This document shows positions 48,727 to 58,255 of a stretch of DNA of 64,000 nt, piece after piece; position 1 is the stretch's first letter, and each line of letters starts with the position of its first letter. The translations under genes were made by a program, and so were the position numbers. The notes below the pieces were generated by a model. That model worked only from the letters and a program-made list of their open reading frames with translations. It searched no databases and was not told the DNA's origin. The stretch lies in contig WTGP01000008.1 of assembly GCA_011523505.1 (NCBI GenBank), positions 140,345 through 204,344 on the forward strand, in the 5' to 3' direction. Source of the stretch: Gammaproteobacteria bacterium (lineage in GTDB: Bacteria; Pseudomonadota; Gammaproteobacteria; Steroidobacterales; Foliamicaceae).

Positions 48727-49989
48727 TTATTGCAGCAGAAACAGCGACAGGCCAGGCCAGAATGAGACCGTGACCAGGGCAAGCAGCATCAACACAAGGA
48801 AGGGCAGCACGGCGCGGCATATCTCGCCGAAGGATTCGTTGAAGGCGGTCATGGCCACAATGAGGTTCAGGCCCATGGGCGGGGTCAGGTAGCCCATCTC
48901 CAGGTTCACGACCATCACCACGCCGAAATGCACGGCATCCATCCCCTGGGCCACGGCGATGGGTTGAAGCAGCGGTGAAAGGATCAGGATCGCCGAGCCG
49001 ATGTCCATGAAGCATCCGACCAGCAGCAGGAAGGCATTCATAAGGAGGATGAAACCGGGCAGCGAGTCGATGCGCGTCACGAGCCATTCCACGGCCATGT
49101 CCGGAACCTGCTCGTATGTCAAAAAAACGTTGAGCGCCAGCGCCATCATCAGGACCGGAAACAGCGACCCCATCAGGCGCGTGGTAGTGGTAAAGACTTC
49201 GACGACGTCCTTGAAACGCATTTCGCGATGAATCACGATTTCCACGAAGAAGCCGTAGACCACGGCGATGGAGGCGGACTCCGTCGCAGTGAAAAAGCCG
49301 CTGTAGATGCCGCCCAGAATGATGACCGGCATCAGCAGTGACCAGATTCCGTGGATGAACGCCACTCCGATTTCCCGCAAATGCCACCTTCCCAGCCGGA
49401 AGCGCCAGTTTCGGGCGATCGCCCACAGGCTCATCAAGCCGGTAAGGAGCAATGCCGGGCCGACACCCGCAATAAAGAGATTGGAAATCGAGGTCCCCGT
49501 CATGATGCCGTACAGGATGAGCGGAATACTCGGCGGAACGACGATGCCAAGGGTGCCGGCGGCGCAGATGGAGCCCAGGGCAAAACGCTTGTTGTAGCCG
49601 GCCTCCAGCAACGCCGGGTACATCACCGCGCCTATGGCCAGGAGGGCCACGGTCCCTGAACCGGTGACGGCCGCGAACATCGCGCAGGACAGCACCGTCG
49701 CGATGGCAAGACCACCGGGTATGGGCGCCGAAAGCGCCCGCGCCAAGCGGATCAAACGCCTGGCTATCGCGCCCCGGGCCATGATCGCTCCCGCCAGCAG
49801 GTACATCGGGATCGACAGCAGCACTTCGCGATTGAGCCCGTCCCAGCCGTCGTTGATGATGTTCTGGATTTGCCCGTCGCCCCAGAACCAGTAGGCCATC
49901 CCGCAGGCGACGCCCAGCACGACCAGCAGATTCTGCCTCAGAGCCAGCAGCACGAGCGCCGCGGCCAGGATGCTCAGCGCGTCGATCAC
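48727..49989 (-). CDS. dctM: TRAP transporter large permease
   Basis: LLSIPMYLLAG, GTLGIVVPPSIP, ITPPMGLNL-type motif (YLTPPMGLNL); GTGA coupling to dctQ. Confidence 0.92.
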   Translation of the reverse strand: MIDALSILAAALVLLALRQNLLVVLGVACGMAYWFWGDGQIQNIINDGWDGLNREVLLSIPMYLLAGAIMARGAIARRLIRLARALSAPIPGGLAIATVLSCAMFAAVTGSGTVALLAIGAVMYPALLEAGYNKRFALGSICAAGTLGIVVPPSIPLILYGIMTGTSISNLFIAGVGPALLLTGLMSLWAIARNWRFRLGRWHLREIGVAFIHGIWSLLMPVIILGGIYSGFFTATESASIAVVYGFFVEIVIHREMRFKDVVEVFTTTTRLMGSLFPVLMMALALNVFLTYEQVPDMAVEWLVTRIDSLPGFILLMNAFLLLVGCFMDIGSAILILSPLLQPIAVAQGMDAVHFGVVMVVNLEMGYLTPPMGLNLIVAMTAFNESFGEICRAVLPFLVLMLLALVTVSFWPGLSLFLLQ

Positions 49990-50513
49990 GTCTTCAACTC
50001 CCTTTGCGAATCGGCCAGTGCGCCTTGCTCCGGCGGCTTGAGGTCCGGCCATCGCGCGTAAAGACTGTGACGCAGGGTGGCAAGCACAAAGACCAGCGGA
50101 ATGACGCCCTGAATCGGCCAGACGATGATGCGCAGGACCACGGAACGCACGTCCAGCAGGTAGGTCTCGCGGACGAGGTCGAACGCGACCACGGCGAAGA
50201 CGAGGCAAAAGAGCGTCATCAGGACTTCGCTGAAATGATCGAGAAACGGCCCCCAGGACTTCGGAAGCCAGCCGTCGGCAAACCGGGGCCTCAAATGCGA
50301 GTTGGCGGCGGAGGCCAGACCGATGCCGAACATCACCTTGATGATGTTCGCGTACACCCCGATCTGCCGCGCCCAGTACAGGCCGGATCCGCTGATCTCG
50401 CGGATCACCACGTCACCGAAAATCACCACCACGAGCAGGGCGAAAGCGGTGATTGCAATGGCCCGCTCCACCTGGTACAAGGCGGCAAGCAGGCGCCGCG
50501 CCGTCTCCTTCAC
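49986..50513 (-). CDS. dctQ: TRAP transporter small permease
   Basis: Four TMs; DVVIR, SHLRPRF corresponds to the H-I-x-V-D region of DctQ; directly upstream of dctM. Confidence 0.85.
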   Translation of the reverse strand: MKETARRLLAALYQVERAIAITAFALLVVVIFGDVVIREISGSGLYWARQIGVYANIIKVMFGIGLASAANSHLRPRFADGWLPKSWGPFLDHFSEVLMTLFCLVFAVVAFDLVRETYLLDVRSVVLRIIVWPIQGVIPLVFVLATLRHSLYARWPDLKPPEQGALADSQRELKT

Positions 50514-50551
50514 CGCAGATCCCTCCCGCTAGGTAGTGAAGCGCGGACCAT

Positions 50552-51526
50552 CTAGTGCAGGTCCCGCGCGATTCGCAATCCCACCCGGGCGCTGCGAAGC
50601 CAATAAGGCGCCCAATCACGCTTGGCCGGCCTCACGTACCAGGCCTTGGCCTGCCAGGCTCCGCCGCGTATCAGCCGTTCATTGCAGTCTTCGGTGGGGG
50701 CCTCCCCCGCGGCCGGGACCGTGTACATGCACCCATCCACCCATTCCCAGGCGTTTCCGAGCATGTCGTAAACCCCGTAGCTGTTGGCCGGAAAACTGCC
50801 GACCGGCGCGGTAAGTGGGTAGCCGTCACGGCAGGGAAAGAAATGGCTGTCCGCGGCGGCGGCATCCACGTTCAGGTAGTCGGCGGCATCCAGATCCATC
50901 ACGTTCGCATGAGCGCATGCATCGCGTCGCTGCGAAATGCCGGCGCTGTCCCAGGGCCGGGCCCCCTGGGTACGGTCACGGGCCAAATACTCCCACTCCT
51001 CGTCGGTCAGCAGGCGGTACGGCTCTCCTGTCTTCTCGGCAAGCCAGCGGGCATAGGCCTGCGCCTCGGTGAAACTCACGCATACGACGGGATGATCCGG
51101 CCCCTGCGGGAAACCCGGATCCGACCACGACCACGAAGGGCCGCGCGCTCCCCAATGATTCGCCTGAAAGTTCCAGGTGATGCATTCCCATTCGGGATCG
51201 TAGCCCTCTTCGACCACGAAAAGGGAAAACTGTGTGCGGGTCACCTCGGTGACGGACACGGCAAATGCCGCGTCCACGCCCGCAGGTTCCTGGGGCGTTT
51301 CGTTTGCGGCGTCGCGCGCCGGAGTGCCCTCTCCCAGCGCTTCGCCCGGAGGCGACCCCTTGATGAACCGGCCCGGTGGAATGACGACCATCCGGGGACA
51401 GTTGAAGCAATCCCGGAATTCGTGACCGGGCAGGTAGTCCACAGTCGGGCTGTCCCCGGCATGACACGGAGCGAGCATCGCGATCTGGGCGATCAGAATC
51501 GCTATGGATGGAAGTCCGTGCCGCAA
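50552..51526 (-). CDS. Exported FGE-sulfatase (SUMF1/EgtB/PvdO) domain protein
   Basis: FRDCFNCPRMVVIPPG, TEVTRTQF, HPVVCVSF, YRLLTDEEWEY, PVGSFPANSYGVYDMLGNAWEW, RGGAW; probable TTG start 51526 with signal peptide. Confidence 0.85.
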   Translation of the reverse strand: MRHGLPSIAILIAQIAMLAPCHAGDSPTVDYLPGHEFRDCFNCPRMVVIPPGRFIKGSPPGEALGEGTPARDAANETPQEPAGVDAAFAVSVTEVTRTQFSLFVVEEGYDPEWECITWNFQANHWGARGPSWSWSDPGFPQGPDHPVVCVSFTEAQAYARWLAEKTGEPYRLLTDEEWEYLARDRTQGARPWDSAGISQRRDACAHANVMDLDAADYLNVDAAAADSHFFPCRDGYPLTAPVGSFPANSYGVYDMLGNAWEWVDGCMYTVPAAGEAPTEDCNERLIRGGAWQAKAWYVRPAKRDWAPYWLRSARVGLRIARDLH

Positions 51527-51540
51527 ATCCGCGGGTTCTC

Positions 51541-52287
51541 TCAGCGGCCGCGGATGGCGCGCGTCTCGTCGGGTTCGGGTTCCGCTACCCGGCGCATGTG
51601 AAATTCGAAGGTGTCGTGCTTGCGGCCCGCGAAATGCGGCACGCGGTAAAGGGCGGACATGCCTTCCAGAATGCGCGAAATCCGGATCGGACCGACGTCC
51701 ATCGTTTCGAAGCCGAGATCCGTGACAAGGTCCATGACCCACTGCTTGGAAGCCTCGTCGTTGCCGGCCACCGGCACCGTGACCGGGCCGTGGGCGCGCG
51801 ACGGATCGAGCACGATGTGAAAACCCACGGTGTTGAACGCCTTGACCACGCGCGCGTCGGGCGCCGCGCCCTGCACCATTTCGCCCGAGGACGTTTCTCC
51901 CACCGGCTGAGGCAATCCCTCCGGTCCCTCCTGGACCGCATTGCCGGCGTCGATGACCAGCTTGCCGGCCAGACTCGGACGCAGCCGCTGAACCACGTCT
52001 TCCGCGGCGAAAAAAGGAACCGCCAGGAAAACGATTTCGCCTTCGGCTGCGGCTTCTTCCTGGGTCATCGCGCTGGCTTCGCCCGCCGTGCGGTCAAGCA
52101 ACCGCTGAATGCGCTCGCTGGCCGGATCGCGCGAACCGTAAACGATCGTATGGCCCAGTTCCGCCATTCGGGGCCCGATGGACCCGCCCATCATGCCCGT
52201 TCCGATAACGGCGATGGTCTCGGCGGCCGCGGGCGACGCGGCGGTCAGCAGCGCGATCAGCACCAGCGGCAAAGTTCGTTGCTTCAT
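51541..52287 (-). CDS. NADPH-dependent F420 reductase-like (F420_oxidored) protein with N-terminal signal peptide
   Basis: [34 protein letters not shown]; preceded by [22 protein letters not shown]. Confidence 0.8.
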   Translation of the reverse strand: MKQRTLPLVLIALLTAASPAAAETIAVIGTGMMGGSIGPRMAELGHTIVYGSRDPASERIQRLLDRTAGEASAMTQEEAAAEGEIVFLAVPFFAAEDVVQRLRPSLAGKLVIDAGNAVQEGPEGLPQPVGETSSGEMVQGAAPDARVVKAFNTVGFHIVLDPSRAHGPVTVPVAGNDEASKQWVMDLVTDLGFETMDVGPIRISRILEGMSALYRVPHFAGRKHDTFEFHMRRVAEPEPDETRAIRGR

Positions 52288-52429
52288 CAGAATCCTCCCA
52301 ACACTTTCAGGCCCCGGCAACACGCAGTTCCCGTTCGAAAACTGCCCGCGCTTGCCCGGAACACGACCAGGGGAAGCGCGTCGAGGGGTGAGTACAATGC
52401 CCTATTTTGCCCGCACAGGAGAAGCCCTG

Positions 52430-53425
52430 ATGCCAAACACCATGCGCGCCGTCGTTGCCGAAGCGCCCGGCGGTCCCGAATCGCTGCAAATCAAGGACAT
52501 TCCGGTGCCCTCCCCCGGCGAAGGAGAGGTGCGGATACAGGTTGCGTACTCGCCGCTCAATCCGCTGGACACGCACGCACGCGCCGACCGCATCAAGTGG
52601 ATGCACCCCGGATTTCCGTTCGTGACCGGCTACGAATACTCCGGCCGGGTGGTCGAGACCGGCGATGGGGTGGACCCCGCGCTGAACGGCAGCCGCGTGG
52701 CCGCCAATGGACAATGGAACGGCAACGGCGAATTCGCCATTGCCCGCGCGGCCGGCCTGGTGCCCATTCCGGATCGCTTCGACTACCAGTTGGGATCGAC
52801 CTTTTCCACCTGCGCGCCCACGTCCTGGCACCTCGTACACTCCGCGGGACGGGTACAGCCGGGCCAGACGGTGATCGTGCATTCCGCGGCCGGGGCGGTC
52901 GGCATCATGACCACCCAGATCGCCAAGGAGGCGGGGGCCACGGTGATCGGCCTGGTCGGCGGGGAGAAGAAGGCCGCATGGGCCAAGCAGTTCGGCGCCG
53001 ACCACATGCTCGACTACCGCTCGGAGGAATGGCCGGCGCAGGTCAAGGAACTGACCGGGGGACGCGGCGCCGACGTGATCGTCGACGGCGTGCAGGGCCC
53101 CAATGCGGCGCGCAACTATGACGCCTGCGCACCATTGGGCAACGTGATCTACATCGGCGCGATGGGCGGCATGGCTCCGCCGGCCGATATTTCCCTGATC
53201 ATCGGCAAGAGCATCAGCGTTACCGGCTTTGTACAGTTCTTCCACCAGGCCCGCACCCGCCAGGCGGAAGACGCCGAGATCGAGGAGAAGCTGGCTACCG
53301 GGCAATGGCGGATTCCGATCGAGCGGGTTGCAAGCCTGGACGAAACCCCCGCCATGCATGCGGCCTTCGAGAACCGCGAACTGTTTGGCCGGACCCTGAT
53401 CGAAGTCGGCGGAGAGGACGTCTGA
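52430..53425 (+). CDS. Zinc-independent MDR quinone oxidoreductase-like protein
   Basis: APGGPESL, PFVTGYEYSG, VHSAAGAVG, GRGADVIVD; RBS AGGAG before ATG 52430. Confidence 0.88.
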   Translation: MPNTMRAVVAEAPGGPESLQIKDIPVPSPGEGEVRIQVAYSPLNPLDTHARADRIKWMHPGFPFVTGYEYSGRVVETGDGVDPALNGSRVAANGQWNGNGEFAIARAAGLVPIPDRFDYQLGSTFSTCAPTSWHLVHSAGRVQPGQTVIVHSAAGAVGIMTTQIAKEAGATVIGLVGGEKKAAWAKQFGADHMLDYRSEEWPAQVKELTGGRGADVIVDGVQGPNAARNYDACAPLGNVIYIGAMGGMAPPADISLIIGKSISVTGFVQFFHQARTRQAEDAEIEEKLATGQWRIPIERVASLDETPAMHAAFENRELFGRTLIEVGGEDV

Positions 53426-54465
53426 CCCTCGCCGGCCGAATCACTGCCCCTTTGCTGGCCGCGCTCCTTGCGGCGGCCTGCGGAGGCGAAGGCGGCCGGC
53501 AGAAGGACGACGGGAGGCTGGTGGTGGTGATCGGCGCTGAGGGCGCCATCGACACGCCCTGGCATGACGGCTGGAAGCGATTCGAGCGGCGCGTCTACGA
53601 GGCCGGATACCCGGGACTGGAATTGCAGATGTCCGTAAACGGTCAACTCGGGGCCGAGGCAACCATACTCGCCCAGGCGCGGCGCGGTCGGATCCAGTAC
53701 GCCGGCACTTCGCTGCACGGCATGTCCAGCGTGGTGCCGGAACTGAGCGTGATTCTGGCTCCATATCTTTTCGACAGTTACGAAGAGGTCGATTTCGTAA
53801 CGGACAACTACCTGACCCCGGTGTTCACCGAAATGCTGGCGGCGCGCGGGCTGACATTCATTCAGTGGAGCGAGGTGGGCTGGAACCACATCTACTGCCG
53901 CGAGCCCCGGATCGAGCCTGAGGAATTCCGGGGGGTGAAGATGCGCGCCTCCACGGCCATCGCACCCCAGGTGTTTACCGCCTCGATCGGCGCCGACCTC
54001 ATTCCCCTGTCCTTCGACGAGACCCTGCCGGCGCTTCAGACCGGCCTGATCGAGTGCGGCCAGAGCGGCGCCGGCCAGTACCTGCTCTCCGGAATCGCCG
54101 AGGACGCGCCGCATTACACGCTGACCGGACACGCCTACGACTCCGGCGTGCAATTCGCCAACTCGCAGTGGTACGACTCGCTGCCCGAGGAAGTGCGCCA
54201 GGTGCTGAAAAACGCGCTGGATGGCCAGCAGGAGAACCGCGACATCGTGCGCCAAGTGATTGCCGGACAGGAGCGCGAATGGCAGGAAGCCGGCCGGGTT
54301 ACGTTCTACGAGCTGAGCGAAGAGCAGAAAGCCCGGTGGCGGGAAGCGGCGGAAGGATCGCACCAGAGGCTGATCGAGCGCATCGGCGGCCGCGCGCAGG
54401 AGATCTACGACCTGATTCTGGTCGGCAAGGCGGACTTTGCGGCCCGCGGGGAGGATGCGGCATGA
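53422..54465 (+). CDS. dctP: TRAP solute-binding protein with lipoprotein signal (probable CTG start)
   Basis: NGQLGAEAT, LAPYLFDS, GVKMRAS, PLSFDETLPALQTGLIE; CTG 53422 follows GGAGAGGA, overlaps the upstream TGA and yields MTLAGRITAPLLAALLAAAC. Confidence 0.85.
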   Translation: MTLAGRITAPLLAALLAAACGGEGGRQKDDGRLVVVIGAEGAIDTPWHDGWKRFERRVYEAGYPGLELQMSVNGQLGAEATILAQARRGRIQYAGTSLHGMSSVVPELSVILAPYLFDSYEEVDFVTDNYLTPVFTEMLAARGLTFIQWSEVGWNHIYCREPRIEPEEFRGVKMRASTAIAPQVFTASIGADLIPLSFDETLPALQTGLIECGQSGAGQYLLSGIAEDAPHYTLTGHAYDSGVQFANSQWYDSLPEEVRQVLKNALDGQQENRDIVRQVIAGQEREWQEAGRVTFYELSEEQKARWREAAEGSHQRLIERIGGRAQEIYDLILVGKADFAARGEDAA

Positions 54466-55061
54466 GCATTGGTGACGAAGTAATGGCGCTCGACATCCCG
54501 CCGCTGCCGCGGGACGAACTGGCCGGGGACATGCGCGATTATTTCGCGCTGTGCGAGGAAAAGCTGGGCTTCGTGCCCAACGTGCTGACCGCACATTCCT
54601 TCAGCAGCGAAAAACTCCGCGTCTTCCGCGAGATCTACGACGAACTGATGCTGGCCGAGTCGGGCCTGAGCAAGCTGGAGCGCGAAATGATCGCCGTGGT
54701 GGTGTCCTCGGCCAATCATTGCCTTTATTGCCTGGTCGCCCACGGCGCGGCGGTGCGCAAGCTTTCGGGCGACCCTCTGCTGGGCGAGGTGCTGGTGATG
54801 AACTACCGCGAGGCCGAGATCACGCCGCGCCAGAGGGCCATGCTGGACTTCGCCTGGAAGGCCACGGCCCGCCCGAAGGAAACCGGCGCGGAAGACCGGG
54901 CGCGGCTGCGCGAAGCCGGGTTCAGCGAACGTGACATCTGGGACATCGCCAACGTCACCGGTTTCTTCAACTTCAGCAACCGCGTGGCGATGGCCACCGG
55001 CATGACCCCCAATCCCGAATATCACAATATGGCGCGCGAACCTGCGGACGACGGGCAGTAG
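54462..55061 (+). CDS. AhpD-like / carboxymuconolactone decarboxylase family peroxidase-related enzyme
   Basis: EKLGFVPNV, LEREMIAVVVSSANHCLYCLVAHG (CxxC), FNFSNR; ATGA coupling. Confidence 0.9.
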   Translation: MSIGDEVMALDIPPLPRDELAGDMRDYFALCEEKLGFVPNVLTAHSFSSEKLRVFREIYDELMLAESGLSKLEREMIAVVVSSANHCLYCLVAHGAAVRKLSGDPLLGEVLVMNYREAEITPRQRAMLDFAWKATARPKETGAEDRARLREAGFSERDIWDIANVTGFFNFSNRVAMATGMTPNPEYHNMAREPADDGQ

Positions 55062-55081
55062 CCGCCGGGAGGATTCCACCA

Positions 55082-56134
55082 ATGAAACTGAGATTGCTGG
55101 GCTCTAGCAGCCTGCGCGTTTCCGAGCTGTGCCTGGGCGCAATGACCTTCGGCGGGACGGCCCACTTGTACGCCGGGGAAGAAGACTGCCGGGCCGTGTA
55201 CGACGCCTACCTCGCCGCCGGCGGGAATTTCATCGACACGGCCGATATGTACGGAATGGGCGCCAGCGAGAGCATGCTGGGCCGCTTCCTGGGCGAGGAC
55301 CGCAAGCGGATCGTCCTGGCCAGTAAATATTCGATGAATACCGACCCGGACGACCCCAACGCCGGCGGCAACCATCGCGCCAACATGGTCCGCTCGCTGG
55401 AGGGCAGCCTCGAGCGGCTCAAGACCGACTACCTGGACCTCTACTGGGTTCATGCCGCCGACGGACTGACTCCGCCAATGGAGATCATGCGTGCGCTGGA
55501 CGACCAGGTGCGGCTGGGCAAGATCCTGCACATCGGCATCTCCAACGCGCCGGCCTGGCAGGTCGCGGCGATGAATGCGGCGGCGGCGGAGCGCGGCTGG
55601 ACGCAATTCACGGCTTTCCAGCTCCAGTACAACCTGGCCGAACGCACGATCGAGAACGCGTTCTTCCCGCTGGCGAAGTTCCAGAACATGGCGATTACCG
55701 CCTGGAGCCCGCTGCTGTTCGGTGCGCTCACGGGCAAGTACACGGTCGCGAAAGACGGCTCGGTCGAGGGCGAAGGGCGCCTGGGCGGGCCCATGGGGGG
55801 ACGCATGCTGACGCCGCACAACCTGAAGGTGGCCCAGGGCCTGCAGAAAGTGGCGGACCGCCTGGGCGCCGCACCGGCGACCGTCGCGCTGGCCTGGCTG
55901 CTGCACCGCCCGGCGCCGGTCATCCCGATCGTCGGCGCCCGCAACCTCGATCAGATGGATCAGAACCTGGCCTGCGTGGACCTGGAGCTGGACGCCGAGT
56001 CACTGGCCGAACTGGACGCGCTTTCGCCGCCGGCGCCGACCTTCCCGGAATCGCTGCTGGCGATGCCGCCGCTGCGGACCATGGTCCACGGCCCGGCGCT
56101 GGTCGAGCGCCTCGTTCCCTGGAACACGGACTGA
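55082..56134 (+). CDS. Aldo/keto reductase
   Basis: SELCLGAMTFG, FIDTADMYG, LASK, LKTDYLDLYWVH, IGISN, AWSPL, PIVGAR. Confidence 0.93.
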   Translation: MKLRLLGSSSLRVSELCLGAMTFGGTAHLYAGEEDCRAVYDAYLAAGGNFIDTADMYGMGASESMLGRFLGEDRKRIVLASKYSMNTDPDDPNAGGNHRANMVRSLEGSLERLKTDYLDLYWVHAADGLTPPMEIMRALDDQVRLGKILHIGISNAPAWQVAAMNAAAAERGWTQFTAFQLQYNLAERTIENAFFPLAKFQNMAITAWSPLLFGALTGKYTVAKDGSVEGEGRLGGPMGGRMLTPHNLKVAQGLQKVADRLGAAPATVALAWLLHRPAPVIPIVGARNLDQMDQNLACVDLELDAESLAELDALSPPAPTFPESLLAMPPLRTMVHGPALVERLVPWNTD

Positions 56135-56177
56135 TCGCGCGTGTAGCACCGGAGGGGGTTTACACTGCCATGTCATC

Positions 56178-57239
56178 ATGAACGACACCCTGCAACCGAA
56201 ACTCCGCCAGCGCGGGCGCGCTTCCGTCGATTTCCTGGCCCACGTATTTCATGGCACGACCGGAGTGCGCAAGGGCGTTCATGAAGAACTGAAAAACCGA
56301 TTCGGCGACGGAGCGTCCCTGCCGGACGACCTCGACGAGCGCCACGAGGCCGTCACCGGCGTCCTTTCCAGCGAACCGGGCTACCGCGTGCAGCAAACGA
56401 TCGGCGAGTGGCACTCGCGCCAGCACGGCCTGATCGCGATGGACGCGTTCGAGGAACTGAAGCCGGGCGTAACCGAACTGCTCGCGCAGTACGACGAAGG
56501 ACCGTCGCGGCTGATCGCCGATGAAGACTTCAAGGCCCCGGACTATTTCGAAGGCGTGGAAATTCACCGCACCCGCGGCGGATGGGACGGGCATCCCTAC
56601 ATGGGTTTCGTTCATGGCGAAATCGTCCACAGGCTGATCGTGGACGCCACCTATCCGGGCGGTATTTTCACGCAGCGGCGCATGGTGGCAGGGCTGGCGC
56701 CGAAGGACCGCTACCATCGCATACTCGAGATGGGCTGCTCCACCGGCCATTTCACCCGGGCGCTGGCCGAGACCTACCCGGATGCGGAAATCACCGGCGT
56801 GGACGTGTCGATCCGCACGCTTGAGCACGCGCTGCGCACGGGCAACTCCTGCGGCCATGGCTGGCAACTGTATCTGCGCGCCGCCGAGGACACCGGCTTC
56901 GACGACGAGCACTTCGACCTGGTCACCTCGTACATCCTGCTGCACGAAATGCCCGCCGACGCCATCCGGGGCTCCTTTGCCGAGGCTTACCGGGTGCTGA
57001 AGCCCGGCGGCGACCTGCTGATGAGCGACGTCGCGCGCTATGCGCACCTCAACAAGGTCCAGGAATGGCAGGACGATCAACTCGCCCGCTTCGGCGGCGA
57101 GCCCTTCTGGCGCGAGTCCGCCAGCCTGGACCTGGTCGCCGCGCTGGAGGATGCCGGGTTTGCAGAGGTTGACGGCCGGGCCATAGGCAATCAGGGCTAT
57201 CCCTATCCCTACGTAGTAACCGCGCGCAAGCCCGCATGA
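56178..57239 (+). CDS. Class I SAM-dependent methyltransferase, copy M2
   Basis: [36 protein letters not shown]. Confidence 0.88.
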   Translation: MNDTLQPKLRQRGRASVDFLAHVFHGTTGVRKGVHEELKNRFGDGASLPDDLDERHEAVTGVLSSEPGYRVQQTIGEWHSRQHGLIAMDAFEELKPGVTELLAQYDEGPSRLIADEDFKAPDYFEGVEIHRTRGGWDGHPYMGFVHGEIVHRLIVDATYPGGIFTQRRMVAGLAPKDRYHRILEMGCSTGHFTRALAETYPDAEITGVDVSIRTLEHALRTGNSCGHGWQLYLRAAEDTGFDDEHFDLVTSYILLHEMPADAIRGSFAEAYRVLKPGGDLLMSDVARYAHLNKVQEWQDDQLARFGGEPFWRESASLDLVAALEDAGFAEVDGRAIGNQGYPYPYVVTARKPA

Positions 57240-57526
57240 ACGGCGACCCCCGTTCGTTCAACAATCCCGACCGCCCGACGCTCACGGCAGACGACATGCC
57301 GGGCGTGGGCCAGGCCGTAATGACGCTCACGCATGAGCTCTACGTCCTGATCGACCGCATCGCCGCGCTGGAAGCGGTGCTCGAGCGGCACGGCCTCGAC
57401 GTAAGCACGGAAATCGAAGCCTTCAAGCCGGATGCGGAACAGCAGGAGCGGCTTAACGAGCGCGGCCGCGCCCTGGTGGCCCGCGTTACCAACGCCCTCG
57501 CCGGAGAACCCGACCCGCTGCCCTGA
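57236..57526 (+). CDS. Small helical methyltransferase-associated protein, copy P2
   Basis: [25 protein letters not shown]; ATGA overlap with M2. Confidence 0.8.
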   Translation: MNGDPRSFNNPDRPTLTADDMPGVGQAVMTLTHELYVLIDRIAALEAVLERHGLDVSTEIEAFKPDAEQQERLNERGRALVARVTNALAGEPDPLP

Positions 57527-57583
57527 CCGCCATGCTACACTCCTAGGCTGTTCACGGTTTCGATGTTCATGGAGTAGAAGATC

Positions 57584-58192
57584 ATGGCCAAAGACAAGGA
57601 TGGCGCAACGGACTTGCCACCTGCAAAAACCACGCCGGCAACTTATCAGGATGTGCTTGACGCGCCACCGAACATGGTCGCGGAAGTCGTTTACGGCGCC
57701 CTCTACACCCACCCAAGGCCAGCCCCTGCGCATGCCTGGGCCAGTTCGGGGCTGGGTTCCACACTGGGAGAGCCATTCAATTATGGGCGCGGCGGGCCTG
57801 GGGGCTGGTGGATTATCGACGAACCCGAACTTCACCTGGGCGAGGACATCGTAGTCCCCGACCTGGCGGGCTGGCGGCACGAAAGCATGCCGGATTTCCC
57901 CGAAACCGCCTACTTCACACAAGCGCCAAACTGGGTCTGCGAAGTACTCTCTCCGTCCACGCGCTCGCTCGACCGGGGCGCCAAGCAAGCCATTTACGCC
58001 CGCGAAGGCGTAGGACACCTATGGTTCGTCGATCCCGACGCCCGCACCCTCGAGGCTTTCGAGTTGCGCGACAACCGCTGGAGTCTGCTGAAACTACTGG
58101 CCGACGACGCACGGGTTTCGCTTCCGCCTTTCGACGCCATCACATTTTCGCTGAGCGACCTCTGGCCCCCACCGGCGCCGAAATCTGCGTGA
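57584..58192 (+). CDS. Uma2 (DUF820) family PD-(D/E)xK endonuclease-like protein
   Basis: VAEVVYG, PRPAPAH, VVPDLAGW, WVCEVLSPST, HLWFVDP. Confidence 0.9.
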   Translation: MAKDKDGATDLPPAKTTPATYQDVLDAPPNMVAEVVYGALYTHPRPAPAHAWASSGLGSTLGEPFNYGRGGPGGWWIIDEPELHLGEDIVVPDLAGWRHESMPDFPETAYFTQAPNWVCEVLSPSTRSLDRGAKQAIYAREGVGHLWFVDPDARTLEAFELRDNRWSLLKLLADDARVSLPPFDAITFSLSDLWPPPAPKSA

Positions 58193-58255
58193 ATCCAGGC
58201 ATGGTCATCCACACACTCCGCTTGGCGCGGGACCGGCAATCCAGTCGGGCGAAAA

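Noticed and set aside
53305-53421. Tracked DctP N-terminus MADSDRAG...
   Set aside because: It overlaps the qor gene by 121 nt and places a hydrophilic stretch ahead of the signal peptide; CTG 53422 fits better.
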